Shown piece after piece: positions 1 to 12,142 of a DNA stretch of 64,000 bases (position 1 is the stretch's first letter; the number at the start of each line of letters is the position of its first letter). The notes beneath the pieces are model-generated. The model was not told the origin of the DNA. It made no database searches and saw only the letters and a list, made by a program, of their open reading frames with translations. The stretch is from Scenedesmus sp. PABB004 (Eukaryota), in assembly GCA_014905635.1 (NCBI GenBank), contig CM026547.1:2356001-2420000 (forward strand), in the 5' to 3' direction. Both the position numbers and the translations under genes were made by a program.

Positions 1-400
1 GGCGTCGATGGAGGGCTTCAGCGGGCGCGAGATCGCCAAGTTCATGGCCAGCGTGCAGGCCGCCGTCTACGGCAGCGCCACGGCGCGGCTCACGCCGGAG
101 ATCTTCAAGTGCGCGGCCTGCGCCGCGCGTGGGCGCGCCGCGCCGCGCGCCCTTCGCAGCGCCCGACCGCCGGCCCCGCCCCGCCCTGCGCCGCGCCGTC
201 CCGCCCCGCCCCGCCCCGCCCCGCCGCGCCGCCGCAGCCGCGTGCTGCAGGCCAAGCTGGCCGAGCACGCCGCGCGGCGCGGCTTCCTGCTGGGCCACCA
301 CGGCACCGGCGACAGCGCGCCCCGCGCCGGCGGCGCCGGCGGCGCTGGCGGCGCCGGCGGCGCCGCGCCCGCCGACGCCGGCACCGGCAAGGCGCAGTAG
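1..400 (+). CDS. ATAD3: ATAD3-like mitochondrial AAA+ ATPase, 3' end (partial); intron 109-237
   Basis: Spliced EGFSGREIAKFMASVQAAVYGS...FNRVLQAKLAEH matches the conserved ATAD3 C-terminus. GT-AG intron; stop TAG ends at 400. Confidence 0.85.
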   Translation, partial: ASMEGFSGREIAKFMASVQAAVYGSATARLTPEIFKCAACAARGRAAPRALRSARPPAPPRPAPRRPAPPRPAPPRRRSRVLQAKLAEHAARRGFLLGHHGTGDSAPRAGGAGGAGGAGGAAPADAGTGKAQ

Positions 401-714
401 CTGGCGTGGAACGCTCCCGCGCTGTTCGTGCGAGGCGCGCATGCAAAAGCCCTCGGGGCACCCGAGTCGTCGGGGCACCCGAAGCAGCAGCAGCACACCG
501 AGGCGCCAGACCGCGCCCCGCTCCCGCCAGGCGCCCACGTCGCCTCCTAGAACGACCGCGCGTCCGACGTAGACTCCCGCGCGCGCGCAGGCCCGGCAAA
601 CGGCAGCCCGCAGCTCCTGCGGCAACGGCAGCGCGCCGCGGTGCCACGCGCTCGCGGCAATGCGACGACGCTCACGGTCCTAGGCGGCCGACGCTCGCTG
701 CTGCGCGGGGCGCC

Positions 715-3700
715 ATGACCGTGCCTCCGCAGCAGCGCTACGGCGTGCCGGCGCTGCGGCGGCCGCGGCGGACGCTCACGCCCTCCAGCACCGTGGGCCT
801 GGGCGCCGTGGTGCGGCTGGCTGTCTGCTGCGGCGGCCCCAGCGGCCAGGCGCTGCTGCGCGGGGCGGGCGCGGCGGCGCCCGCCGCTGCAGCGCCTGGT
901 GCCACCACCGCCGCCACCGCCGCCGCCGCCCCTGCGCAGGCGCTGTGCGTGGGGGTGATCTTCGTGGCGGGCCACCACAGCATATCGCGCTCGTGGCACC
1001 GAATGCACTCGCCGAGCGTGGAGCAGCCGGCGGGCTGGGCGACGCTGCACCGCACTACCACGGTCGAGACGGCTACGCTGACCATCAGCAGCAGCGCCAT
1101 CACCGGCTCCGCGCTCACCGCGACCACCACCGAGACGGCCGCCAGCGCTGAGGCGGCGGCCGCGGCGGCGGCGGCCGCGGCCGTAGGCGCCGGCGGCGCG
1201 GTGGCGCGGCAGCCCGCCGGCGACGCGGCCGCGGGCGCGCCGGGGCGCAGCAGCAGCGTGCTGCACATGCTCGGCGACCTGCAGCACAGCCTGCAGGCGA
1301 TGCTGGCGGCGCGCACGGGCTGGCGGCCGGGCGACGCAATCACGCGCGCCCACCTCGCGGCCGCGGCGGCGGCGGCGATGCCGGAGGAGGGGCGCGACAT
1401 CGAGCTCACGAGCGGCAGGGTCTCGGCGGTGCTCGGCCGCAGCCGCGCGCACCAGCAGCTGCAGCGCCTCGCGGCGCAGGCGGGCGGCGGGCTGGCGGGC
1501 GCGGACAAGGGCGAGGACGCGAGCTCCGCCGAGGCGTACGCGGTGAGGCACCGGCGGGGCGGCGCGGCCCGCCGCCAGCCAGCCGCGTGCGCGCCCGGCC
1601 GCCCGGCCGACCGCGCCGCCCCGCCCCGTGCCGCGCCGCGCCGCAGGTCCTGTACGGCCGGGGCGGGGGCACCGTGGTCTTTGCGCCGCACGACGACCTC
1701 GCGACCTGCCCCGAGGGCTCGGCCGCGCCCGGCGGCGCGGCGGCGGCGGTCGTGCTGCTCGCGCGCGGCGGCGCCGCGGCGCTCAAGCGCTCGCTGGACG
1801 GGCTGATGCTGCTGTACAGCCGCGCGGAGCCGGAGGTGCGCGCCGCGCTGCACATCTACATCGGGCTCGACAGCGACGACCCCGACCTGCGCGCCACGGC
1901 GGCCGCGTACGCGCACGAGTCGATGGGCGCGGTGAAGCTCGTGCACCACGCGCGCGCCTCGGCGAAGCACCTCAGCACCAACCAGCTGCACGACGCCGCA
2001 GCGGCCGCGGGCGCCGCGGCGCGCGCGGCGGCGGCGCCCGCGCCCGCGCACGACGCCGGCGCCCGCGCCGGCGCCGGCCCCGGCGCGGCGGCGGCGGCCA
2101 AGGCGCAGCTGGCGGCTGCGCGCAGGCTGATGGCGGGCGAGGCGGGGGCTGGCGGCAAGGCGGCCGGCGCTGCCGCAGCGGCTTGGCCGGCGGCTGGCGG
2201 CGCGCCCGCCAAGGCCGCGCAAGCTGGCGCGGGCAGCGCGGCCGCCAAGGCCGCGCCCGCCCCCGCGCGTGCGGCGGCGGCAGATGGCGGTCGCGGCGTC
2301 GGCGGCAGCAGTGGCGACGCCGCCGCGCAGGCGCCGGCGGCGGGCGGCGCCGCCCCGAGCGCGGCGGTGCCGGCGGCCGCCAAGCCCGGCGGCGGCGGCG
2401 GCGGCCCCGACTCGGCCGCCACGGCCGACGGCGCCGCGGCGGCGGAGCACGTGCGGCTGATGCTGCACGTGTTCTTTGACTGCTTTGACTTCCCCGCCGT
2501 GCTGCTGCTGGAGGACGACGCGGTGCTCGCGCCCGACGCGCTGGCCTTCTACGCCGCCGCGGCGTGGCTGCTGGAGAGCGACCCGAGCCTCTTCTGCGTG
2601 AGCGCCTTCAACCCGGTCGGGCACCGCAGCGGCGTCGTGCACCCGGGCGTCGTGCTGCGCAGCGACTACGCGCCCGGGCGCGGCGCGCTGCTGCGCCGCG
2701 AGCTCGGGCGCGCGCTGCTCGCGGGCTGGCCGGCGGCGCCGCTGGCCGACTGGGTCGAGCACCTGCGCAGCGCGCGCGTGCGCGCGGGGCGGCAGTGCGT
2801 CGTGCCTGAGATGCCTCGCCTCGCGCCGGCAGGTGGGCGCGCGCGGGGGCTCGCGCCGCGGCGCCGCCCGCGCCCGGCCGATGCTCCGCGCTTGGCAGCT
2901 GCCGCGGCTCGCCCGTGAGCCCCGCGCGCTCGCGCCCGCCGCCGCCCGCAGCCGCGGACGACACCTCGGAGGGCGCCCACGTCCACGACCCCATGCACGG
3001 CGGCAGCAAGCGCCTCGCGCCCAGCGGCGGCGGCGGCGCGGCTGCGGGCGGCGGCGACGGCGGCGCCGGGGCCGCGCCGGCGGCCGCGGGTGGCGACGAG
3101 GGCTCGCTCGACCTGGACGCATACGGCGCCGCCGGCGACGACGACGGCGCCGTGCTGGGCGCCGACGCCGGAGGCGTCGGCAGCGCGCCGGGCGCCGGGG
3201 ACGGCGGCTGGCTGCACCGCGACCTCTCGGCGCTGCTGGAGCCCTTGTACGAAGCTGGCATGGAGCAGCTGCTCCGCGGGACGCGCGTGTGCGACGTCGC
3301 GGCCGCCTCGGCGCTGCGGGGCGACGCGCGCGCGGGCGGCGGGTGCGTGGTGCCCTACTCCTCCGCCGCCTTCCTCGAGGCCGCGGCGCACCGCCTCGGC
3401 GTGCCGGTGCAGCTCGTGCCGGCGCCGGGCTACTGCTACCCGCTGCCGGGCGCGCCGCCGGGCGCGTCCGAGCACTGCCAGGTGCGCTGCTGCACGCGTC
3501 GATGCGCCGCGCGCCGCCGCCCTGCACCCGCCGACGGCCGCCGGTCGCTGGCCGCTGACCGCCGGGCGCCGCAGGACTATCTGCCTGAGATGGCGTGGCG
3601 CGGTGTGGTGCCGGGCTTCACGCACCACGGCGCCCGCGTGTGGCTCGCGCACGCGCGGTACGTCGACGCGCTGCACGGCAAGCGCCCGGCGCTTGCGGGC

Positions 3701-3856
3701 GACGGCCAGGCCGCCGGCGCGGCGGCGGGCAAGGCGGCCGGCGGGCTGGCGCAGCGCGCGCCTGCCCCGCAGCAGCAGCAGGGCGCGCAGGCAAACGCAG
3801 CGCAGCAGCAGCCAGCACGTGCGGCGACGGGCGCCAAGGCAGGAAACGCGACGTAG
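715..3856 (+). CDS. GT13 family (GnT-I-like) glycosyltransferase, divergent; about 5 exons
   Basis: N-terminal TM after removing intron 811-939 (GLGAV|ALCVGVIFVAG). GT13-type motifs LLLEDD, DPSLFCVSAFN, RSDYAPGRG, WP..DW, RQCVVPE. Further GT donors at 1543, 2833 and 3482. Confidence 0.75.
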
Positions 3857-4096
3857 GCAGCTGGCTCGGGGTTTGACCAATGCAACCCTGCACTGACCGG
3901 GAGCCCGCGCCGGCGTTGGAGCGGCGGGGGATTTCTTTCGTTTCGTTCACCCAGGCTCAGCATTTGATGGCGGCACGTGAACCCAGCTGGGGCGGCGGCC
4001 GATGGTGGACAACTCGACTGCGGCTGCATGTGATGCACGGCCGGGGAACTCGGACCGCATCGCGCGGCGTGTGTGCGTTGTCACACCGTCGCAGCG

Positions 4097-7026
4097 TCAC
4101 AGCGCGGCGCACAGCTCGCACAGCCAGGCCTCAAACTCGGACGCAATGGCCTGCAACTCCTCGGGCCCGCTCGCACCCGCGGCGCCGCTGCCGCCCGCGC
4201 CGACCAGCCGCGCGCGCTGGCCCAGCAGGTCGTACAGCTCTGTCGCGCGCCCCGCGGCGTCACGGTCGCCGCCGCGCTCGTCAAACAGCCCGCCGTCGTC
4301 GTCCGAGCTCGCTCGCGCCGCCGGGGCGGGGCCGCCGCCGTCGGGCGCCTGCTGCTGCTGCTGCTGCTGGCCGGGCGCCGGGGCAGGCACGGGCGCCTGA
4401 CCGAGACGGCCGATGGCCACCTCGAGGCCGGCCTGGCGGCAGGCCTCCACATACGCCGCCGCGCAGTCAGGCACCCCCGCGCCGCGCAGCACGCCGGCGG
4501 CCGCTGAGAGGCAGCCCGCGGCGGTGAGCAGGCCCGCGCAGCGCCAGGGGCTGCCCTCGGCGTGCCGCACGTGCGCCGCCCAGCGCGACAGCGCCTGCGC
4601 GCGCTCGGTGCCGGCCAGCGAGCGCGCTGTCAGCGCGGCGGCGAGCTGCCAGTGGCCCGCCTCCTGCAGGAGCGCCACAGCGTCCGCGTCCAGCCCCGCG
4701 CTGCAGTTGAGTGGCACGCCCAGCAGCGAGTCGCCGATGCTTGCGGCGTGCGCGGACACGACCTTGGCAGCCTGCAGGTGCAGCGTGGCCGCCTGCGCGC
4801 TGCTCGCGGCGGCGCCGCCGCCGCCGTGCGACTGCGCGGTGAGGCTGGCGGACGCGGCTAAGGCAAGCGCGCAGACGACGCTCCGGTAGTACCTGCCGCG
4901 GCCGGCGCGGCGGCGGGTGAGCGCAGTGGGTGAGCGCGGCGCCGCGCTGCGCCGCGCTGCGTGGCCGCCGCGCCGTGCGGCCGCTGGCCGCTGCTGCGCG
5001 CCGCGCTCCTCGCTCCGAGTCCAGCTGGCGAGCAGCTCACCGCACGCTGCTGTCGGGCGGCATCGACAGCAGGAAGGCGACCGCGGTGGCAAAGTCGCCC
5101 AGCACCACGTACTCAAGCAGGCGGTGCTCCAGCAGGCCCTCGGCCTCAAACACCGCCCCCGGCAGCGCCTCGTGCCAACGCAGGCGCTCCTGCTGCGCCG
5201 CCAGCACCAGCTCCTCGTCCCACAGCCGCGCCGGCCGCCCCTCGGCGGGCGGCCTGATCGCGCCGCGCGCGCTGAACTGCTGCTCGCCCGCGTGCGCACC
5301 GCTCGGGCGCACGTGGCCGGGCACCGCCGCGCCCGACCCGCGCCGGCCGAGGGCGGGCGCGGCGCCGCCGCCGGCCGCGCCCTTGCGCGGCGACGCGGCC
5401 GCGCCGAGCGCGCCCCCGTGTGGCCCGCGCACGGGCCCGGCCGCGGCGCTGCCCTCCAGCGCCGCTTGCACCATGCGGTCATAGTCCGCCACGTCCACGT
5501 CACCGTCGGCGTCCCCCGGCGGCGCCGGACCCGCAGACGCCGCGGGCGCGGCGCCCGCGGCGGCGCCGGGCTGGGCCGCTGCCGCGGCGGCGTCCGCGCC
5601 GGCGCTGCCCTGCCGCTGCGGGCCCGCCGCGCCCCCGCCCTGCTGCGCCTGCTGCGCCTGCTGCGCCTGCTGCGCCTGCTGCGCCTGCTGCGCCTGCTGC
5701 GCCTGCTGCGCCTGCTGCGCCTGCTGCGCCTGCTGCGCCTGCTGCGCCTGCTGCGCCTGCTGCGCCTGCTGCTGCGCGGCGGCGATGGCGCTCTGCAGGG
5801 CCTTCACGTGCGCCAGCGTCGGGGGCAGCGCCTCCCAGAAGCGCGCCTCGTCAGGGTCGCCGCTCAGGCGCGCCGCGACCACCATGCGCCGGGCCACCAG
5901 CCCGCTGGTCAGCGCCTGCGGCGGCCGGCGCCGACGTCGCCGCACGGTGAGCGGCGGCCGAGCGAGCGCGCAGGGCCGCCGCCGCCGCCGCCGCCGCTGC
6001 AGCAGCAGCAGGGCGGCAGCGGGCGGGCCCCACCTGTGCGTAGCCGCGCCACTCGTCCGCGTGCAGCAGCTGCCCGCTGCCGCGCAGGCCCGCGATGCGC
6101 CTGCGGCGCCGGCGCGCGGCGGTCAGCTCCGTGCGAGCTGAGCGCAGCGCGTGAGAGCCGCCCGCGCGCCGCTGCCCGCGCAGCACACACCGCAGCAGCC
6201 CGACCAGGTCGCCGTCAAAGCGCTCCGCCCTGAAGCCGGGCGCCTGGCAGCTCTCACCCTGCGCCGGCCCGCTGGCCAGCGCGCCGGCGCCCTTGAGCAG
6301 CAGGGGCGTGGACTTGGCCTTGGCGAGGTGGTGCGCGGCCGCGTCGCGTGCCTGCACCGCAGCCTCGGACGACGTCGCGCGCAGGCTGCCAGGCAGGCTC
6401 AGCGGCGGCTGCAGCGTGTCCAGTGCGCCGGACGCCGCCTGCGCGGATATGTGTGCGAGCGCGGCGCGCGCGGCGCGCGGCAGCAGCTGCTGCAGCTCGC
6501 TGCGTGCGTCGTCGAGCTCGTCGCTGCTGCCGCTGCTGACAAACATCAGCGCGTCCTGCGACACGCCCAGCTGCGGGGCGCAGGCGCACGGGCGGCGCAG
6601 CGACCGCGTTGGCCGGTCGGCGGCGGGCCGGCGCCGCCGTGCGGGCAGCCGGCGGGCGGCGGGCGGCGCGCCGCCCGGGCGCCACGCACCTGCAGCAGCG
6701 CACGCAGCAGCAGCACCCAGGGCTGGGGCAGCATCACGCTCGGCCCCAGCGGCCGCGGCGGCTGCAGCACCAGCGGACGCCGTGCCCCGCCGGGCAACGC
6801 CGCGACCGCTGGTGCCGCGAGCGCCTGGTGCAGCAGCGCGGCGCGCGCGCGCGGGCCAGCGCTGCCGGGCGTGGGCGGCGTCGCGACGTCCAGCAGCGCG
6901 AGCGAGCCGTCCTCCAGCACCACCGCCAGGACGCTGCCCGCGCCGGCGGCCCTGCGGCGCACGGCGGCGCCCGCGCCTGAGCAGCAGCGCGCCCACGGCG
7001 CAGCGCGCCCACGGCGCAGCGCGCGT

Positions 7027-7081
<55 letters not shown>

Positions 7082-10000
7082 AGCGCGCCCCGCGCTCACC
7101 CCGGCATGGGCGCCCAGGCCAGGTCGAGCGCCCGGCCCGCGCGCGCACAGGCGGCAGGGCTGGCGCCGCTCGTGCGGCTCAGGCGGCCCCCGGCGTCCAG
7201 CTCAAACACCGCAAACGCGCCGCCCGCAAACAAGACCGCCAGGCGCAGCAGGCACTCGCCGCCGCCGTGGGCGAGCTGGATGCGGCGCACCATGCCGGCG
7301 CCCGTCGCCAGCGCAGTGCACCGCCCCTCGGTCAGGTTCCACGCCAGCAGCTGGCCGTCTGAGCCGCCCAGAACCATAAGCGGGCCCGCCGCCGCCAGCG
7401 CGCTCGCCACGACGTCGCCTGGGCTGGGGCTGCCGCTGGGGCGGTGCGGCCGCGTGTCTGTGACCTTGCGCCCGCTGCGGCGGGCCGGTGGCGGCGGCGG
7501 CGGCGGCGCGGTCAGGCGTGGGCAAGGGCAGTGGGCGCGTCGACGGCGCGTGCGCGCGCCCGGCCGCCCCCGGCTGCTCTCACCACACGGCCAGCACGCC
7601 CGCGCGGCCGTCGACCAGCGCAAACGCCAGCTGCTCGACAGGGAACGGTGCCACGGCCGGCGGCGCAGGCGCGCTGCCGTCGTCGCCCGCCTGCACTGCC
7701 TCGCCGGCGCCGCCCGCCGGCCCAGCGCCGCTCGCCGCTGCCGGCGCGCCGCCGTCCGGCTCAGCCCACGAGCTGCACGCCTCCGGCGCCTGCTCCGCCG
7801 CCACCCACTCCACCGCGCTGAACGGCAGGTCCACCAGGCGCAGGCGCCACGGCGCGCCGGCCACGCCCGGCTGCCCGCCGGCCGCGCCGCCCGCCGCGCC
7901 CGGCGGCGGCAGCGTGGTCCACAGCTCCGCCGGCGCGCCCTTGAGCAGCAGTAGGAGGTAAGCCCCTGACGGCGAGACGCGCAGGCCCAGCAGCGGCGCG
8001 GCCTCCGCACCGAGGCCGTCGCGGAAGGGCAGGCTGCGCGGCGGCGCGGCGGCGACGGCGGCGACGGCGGTGGGGCCCCGCCGCGCGGTGCGGCTGCTCT
8101 CGACGGCAGGCCGCCGCGGCGCGGCGCCTGCGCCTGCTCCCGCCCCGTGCGCGCACCTCCGACCGTCGCGCATGTCGGTGATCGCCAGGCTGTTCTGCCA
8201 GGCCTCCCGGCCCGCCCTCTCGCTCGTGAACGAGACCAGCAGCGGCGCCGCGCCTAGCCAGCGCACGCCGCGCACGGCCACGTCGCGGTGCACTGCGTGG
8301 CAGCTCGCCACCTCCGCTGCCAGGGGGTTGATCAGCCCCCGCTGCACCGAGACGACCAGCACGTGGCCGGTGGCAGTCGCCGCCGCGGCCACGACTGCGC
8401 ACTCGGCCGGCCGCTGCGCCGCGCCGTTGGCGGGGTCGCCGCCGCCGCCGCCGTCGCCGCCGCCGCCCGCGGCGTCAGCAGCGCGTCTGTCCGGGAGCAG
8501 CACGGGGCGCTGCTGCAGGCTGATGGCGGTGACAGGGCCCGGGAGGCCGTGCAGCATCCCCACCAGCTGCGGGCTCACGGTCGCGGGCGGCGCGGCGCGC
8601 GCGGCCTGCGGCGCGGCCGGCGCGGCGGCTCAGGCGGCGCGCAGGCGGCCGGCCGGGCGGGCGGCTGCCGGCCCCGCCGCGCCGCCGCACCAGGGGCTCG
8701 CCGTCGCCTGCCAGCGCGCGCCGGGCAAACTTGGGCAGGGCCACCTGCAACTTCCACACGCGCCCGTCTGACGTCGACGCCAGCACCAGGAGCGACGCGC
8801 CGCTCGACGCCGCACCGCCGGCCGCGGCGCCGCCGCTGCCGCCGCTGCCGGCCGCGGCGGCGGCCTTGTGCCCCACGCAGCTGCTGGCGGCTCCCTCACG
8901 CGAGAGGTGCATCTCCGCCAGGCTGCGGCTGAGCTGGGCGGTGATGAGCTCAGTGCTGGCCGCGGTCTGGGCGCTGCCCGCCGCCACGTCCGGCGCGCCG
9001 TGGCGCCACAGGCAGGCGCGCACCATCACCAGCGACGCCTGGCCGGGCGGCGGCGGCAGCGGTGGCGGCGGCATCGCCTCTGCGCCGCGAGGAACGCGGC
9101 CGCCCCGCGCGCGGCCGGTGCGCCGCACCTGGGCCGCGCCGCGCAGCGGCGCCGGCGTCAGCCGGCTCATGCCGCCCAGGCGGAAGCGCAACTCCCCCGG
9201 CACGCGGACCCAGGCGCTCAGCGCGCCGTCGACGTGGGTCGCGTGCACGACGTCCAGGCCGCCCTCGTCGCCGCCGCCGGCGACGCACCCGCTGCCGAAC
9301 GCGCCGCCCAGCAGCGCGCGGAAGGCGGGGGTGCCGCCCGGCAGCGGCGTGCTCGCGGCGGGGCAGCCGAGCTCGAGGTCAAACACCAGCAGCTCGCGCG
9401 GCAGCAGCAGCAGCAGCAGCCCCGGCGCGGCGCAGAAGAGCGCCTGCAGGCCGCCGCCGGGCGCGGCCTTGGCCTCTGCGGGCGCGCCGCGGCGGCTCGG
9501 CGGCGTCAGCGCCGGCGCCGCACGCGCACGCGCTGCCGCCCGCGCTGCTGCGTCGCGCCCCGCCGCGCGCCGCGCACCGGGGGCCTGGACGCTGACGCGG
9601 TACTGGCTGACCGCCACGCGGTCGGCGCCGGGGTCGTGCAGCTGCAGCACCACCAGCGCGCCGCCGCCCCCGGTCAGGCAGAGCTGCCGGCTGTCCAGCG
9701 GCGCCACGCACAGCGAGGCGAAGACCTCCCGCCCGCCGCCGGCTGCGAGCTCGCGCCGCCACAGCAGCGCGCCGGCGTCGACGTCCCAGAGCAGCAGCAG
9801 CGCGGGCGCGATCACCACCGCCAGCACGCCGGCGCGCGGCAGGACCCACGCCAGCGACGTCACGCCCACGCCGCTGCCGCCCGCGCCGGCGCCGGGCTCG
9901 GCGTGGCGCGCCATGTGCTCCGCCGCCGCCTCGCGCGCCGCCGGCACGTCGGCCAGCCGCGCGGCGACGGACGCGCCCAGCACGTCCCACACCACCACGC

Positions 10001-10376
10001 CGCCGTCGGCGTCGCCCGACGCGAGGCGCAGGGCGCCCGCGCCCCGCTGCGCGCCCGCGCGCCCGCGCGCCGGCGGCGCCCACTTGAGCGCGGTCACCGC
10101 CGCGGCGTGCCCGCCGACCAGCGTCGCCACGACCTGCAGCCGGCGCACCTGCCAGGCCGGCGCGCGGCGCCCGAGCGCGCGGGCGGGTGAGCGGCGCAGC
10201 AGCGAGAGCAGCGCGCGGTGGTTGGCGCGGCCCGCGCGCGCGCGCACCTCCAGGCAGGCCACCGCGGCGCCGTACCCCAGCGCCAGGGCGCTCCCGTCGG
10301 GCAGCACGTCCGCCGCGCCGCCGCCGGGCGCCTGCGGCGCGTGCGGCGCCAGCAGCAGGCCCGCGTGCGCGGCCAT
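4097..10376 (-). CDS. WDR11: WD repeat-containing protein 11-like; about 10 exons
   Basis: N-terminal WD40 motifs (VTALKW, LASGDADGGVVVWDV). C-terminal helical region HRLLEYVVLGDFATAVAFLLS..YYR..ALAL and AVALLQEAGHWQLAA..LSRWA is typical of WDR11. GT-AG introns. Confidence 0.8.
5640..5765 (-). repeat. 14 x 9-bp tandem repeat (CTGCTGCGC on +) encoding (AQQ)n in the WDR11-like protein
   Basis: Perfect tandem repeat read directly from the sequence, in frame with the flanking coding sequence. Confidence 0.95.
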
Positions 10377-10638
10377 CGCGGGCGGCGGCGACCGACCAGC
10401 AGCACGCAGGCGCCTGGTGGTGTGGTGGTGCGGGCGTCGCAGCTCGTGCGCTGCGTCGTCGGATCGAGAGGCAGACAGCTCGCCAAATGACATCCTCCCT
10501 GCGCGCCGGCAATCGTAATCCTCGCCGTCCCGCGCAGCTCCGTCGTCGCCGTCGTCGCCCGGGTCAGCAGCAGCAGCAGCGGCCGCCCCCTCGTGCCGGC
10601 AGCAGCAGCAGCAGCCGCCCCAGCGCAGCCCAGGCAGC

Positions 10639-11655
10639 ATGGCGCTCGCCGCGCGCGTGCCGGGCCTGGCCGGTCGCCTGGCGGGCAGCAGCCGCGTCGC
10701 CGTCGCGGCGCCGCAGCGCGCGGCGCTGCGGCCGCCCGCCCTGGCGCGGCGCGGCGCGGTGCAGGTGGTGGCAGCGGAGGCGCAGGACAAGAAGCGCACC
10801 GACAGCGCCGTCAAGCGCGCCGACCTGGCGGAGGAGCGGCGCATGCGCAACAAGTCGCGCAAGTCGGCCATCGCCACATACATGAAGAAGGTCCGCCGCC
10901 CCCCCCGCGCAGCCCATTGGCCGCCGCGCGCGCCGCACCGCGCGACGGCCGACCCGGCGCAGCGGCCCGGCCGGGGCCCCGCATCGCCGGGGCGCCCCGC
11001 GCCGCGCCGCGGCCGGCGGCGGCGCGGGCCGCTGCTGCCGCGCGGCGGCTGCGGGCGCGGCGCGCGCCGCGCCGCGCCGGCAGCTGTCGCGGCAGCGGGG
11101 CCAGCTACAGTGGGGGCGGGGCCAGCTGCTGGCGCCAGCGGCGGGGGGGGGGGGGCAGCGCACGGGCCGGCCCGCCGCTTCGCGAGCGGCCGCGCTCTGG
11201 CGGCGCTGGCAGCGCGGCAGCGGCGGCAGCGGCGGCGCGCGGCAGCGGTGCCGTGCGGCAGCGACGCGGCGGCGCCGTGCTCGCCCTCGGCACGTGTGTG
11301 CGCCGACCCGCGCCGACCCCCGCCGACCCCCGCCGCCCGCCGCGCCCTGCCGTGCGCGCGCCAGGTGACCAAGCTCGCCGAGTCGGTGGTCAAGACCCAG
11401 GCGCTGGACGAGCAGCAGGTGGCCGCGCTCGACCGCGCCGTGGCGGACGCGTTCAGCGCGATCGACAAGGCGGTCATCCGCGGCACGCTGCACCACAACA
11501 CCGGCGACCGCCGCAAGGCGCGCGTGTCCAAGTACAAGCGCCAGGCGCTCATCGCGGCGGGCCTCTACGCGCCGCAGCCGGAGCAGCCGGGCTACTTCTT
11601 CTACCAGCGCATCCAGGCGCGCAAGGCCGCCGCCGCCGCCGCGGCCGGCAACTGA
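10639..11655 (+). CDS. PRPS20: Plastid 30S ribosomal protein S20 precursor; intron 10891-11364
   Basis: Ala/Arg-rich transit peptide followed by bS20 motifs DSAVKRADLAEERRMRNKSRKSAIATYMKK|V and AFSAIDKAVIRGTLHHNTGDRRKARV. Confidence 0.95.
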   Translation: MALAARVPGLAGRLAGSSRVAVAAPQRAALRPPALARRGAVQVVAAEAQDKKRTDSAVKRADLAEERRMRNKSRKSAIATYMKKVRRPPRAAHWPPRAPHRATADPAQRPGRGPASPGRPAPRRGRRRRGPLLPRGGCGRGARRAAPAAVAAAGPATVGAGPAAGASGGGGGAAHGPARRFASGRALAALAARQRRQRRRAAAVPCGSDAAAPCSPSARVCADPRRPPPTPAARRALPCARQVTKLAESVVKTQALDEQQVAALDRAVADAFSAIDKAVIRGTLHHNTGDRRKARVSKYKRQALIAAGLYAPQPEQPGYFFYQRIQARKAAAAAAAGN

Positions 11656-12142
11656 GCGCCGCGCCACGGGCGGGCGCGGCGGGCGGGCGGGCGGGCGGGC
11701 GGGCGGGCGGCGGGCGGGCGGGCGGGCGGGCGGCGGGACCGCAGCGGCGCGGGGCGGCGGGAGGGAGGGGGCTGCAGTGGAGCTGACGCTGACGCTGGGT
11801 AACTGGGCATTGCGTGCACCTTCCGCCGTGTCACGACCGGCGGCGCAGCAGCGGCGGTCCCGGGTGCAGCGGTTTTTGCACGATTGCTGGCTGGCCCACG
11901 CGCGCAATGCTCCCACCCGCAACCGCCACTGCGCTGCCCGCACCGCCACCCGCTGGCTCAAACTCGCAGCATCCCCGCCCGTCGCGCGCAGCCCGCGGTG
12001 CCACGCCCTCCGCCACCTCCCCCGCCCCACCACAAGCGCCACAGGCGCGCCCTCGCTGCTCGCCGGCGGCTGCAGCCTCGTCGGGGGCGCGGCGCGGGCA
12101 GCGCTGCTGCTCGAGCGGCGGCGGCGCCGCTGCTGAGCTGCG

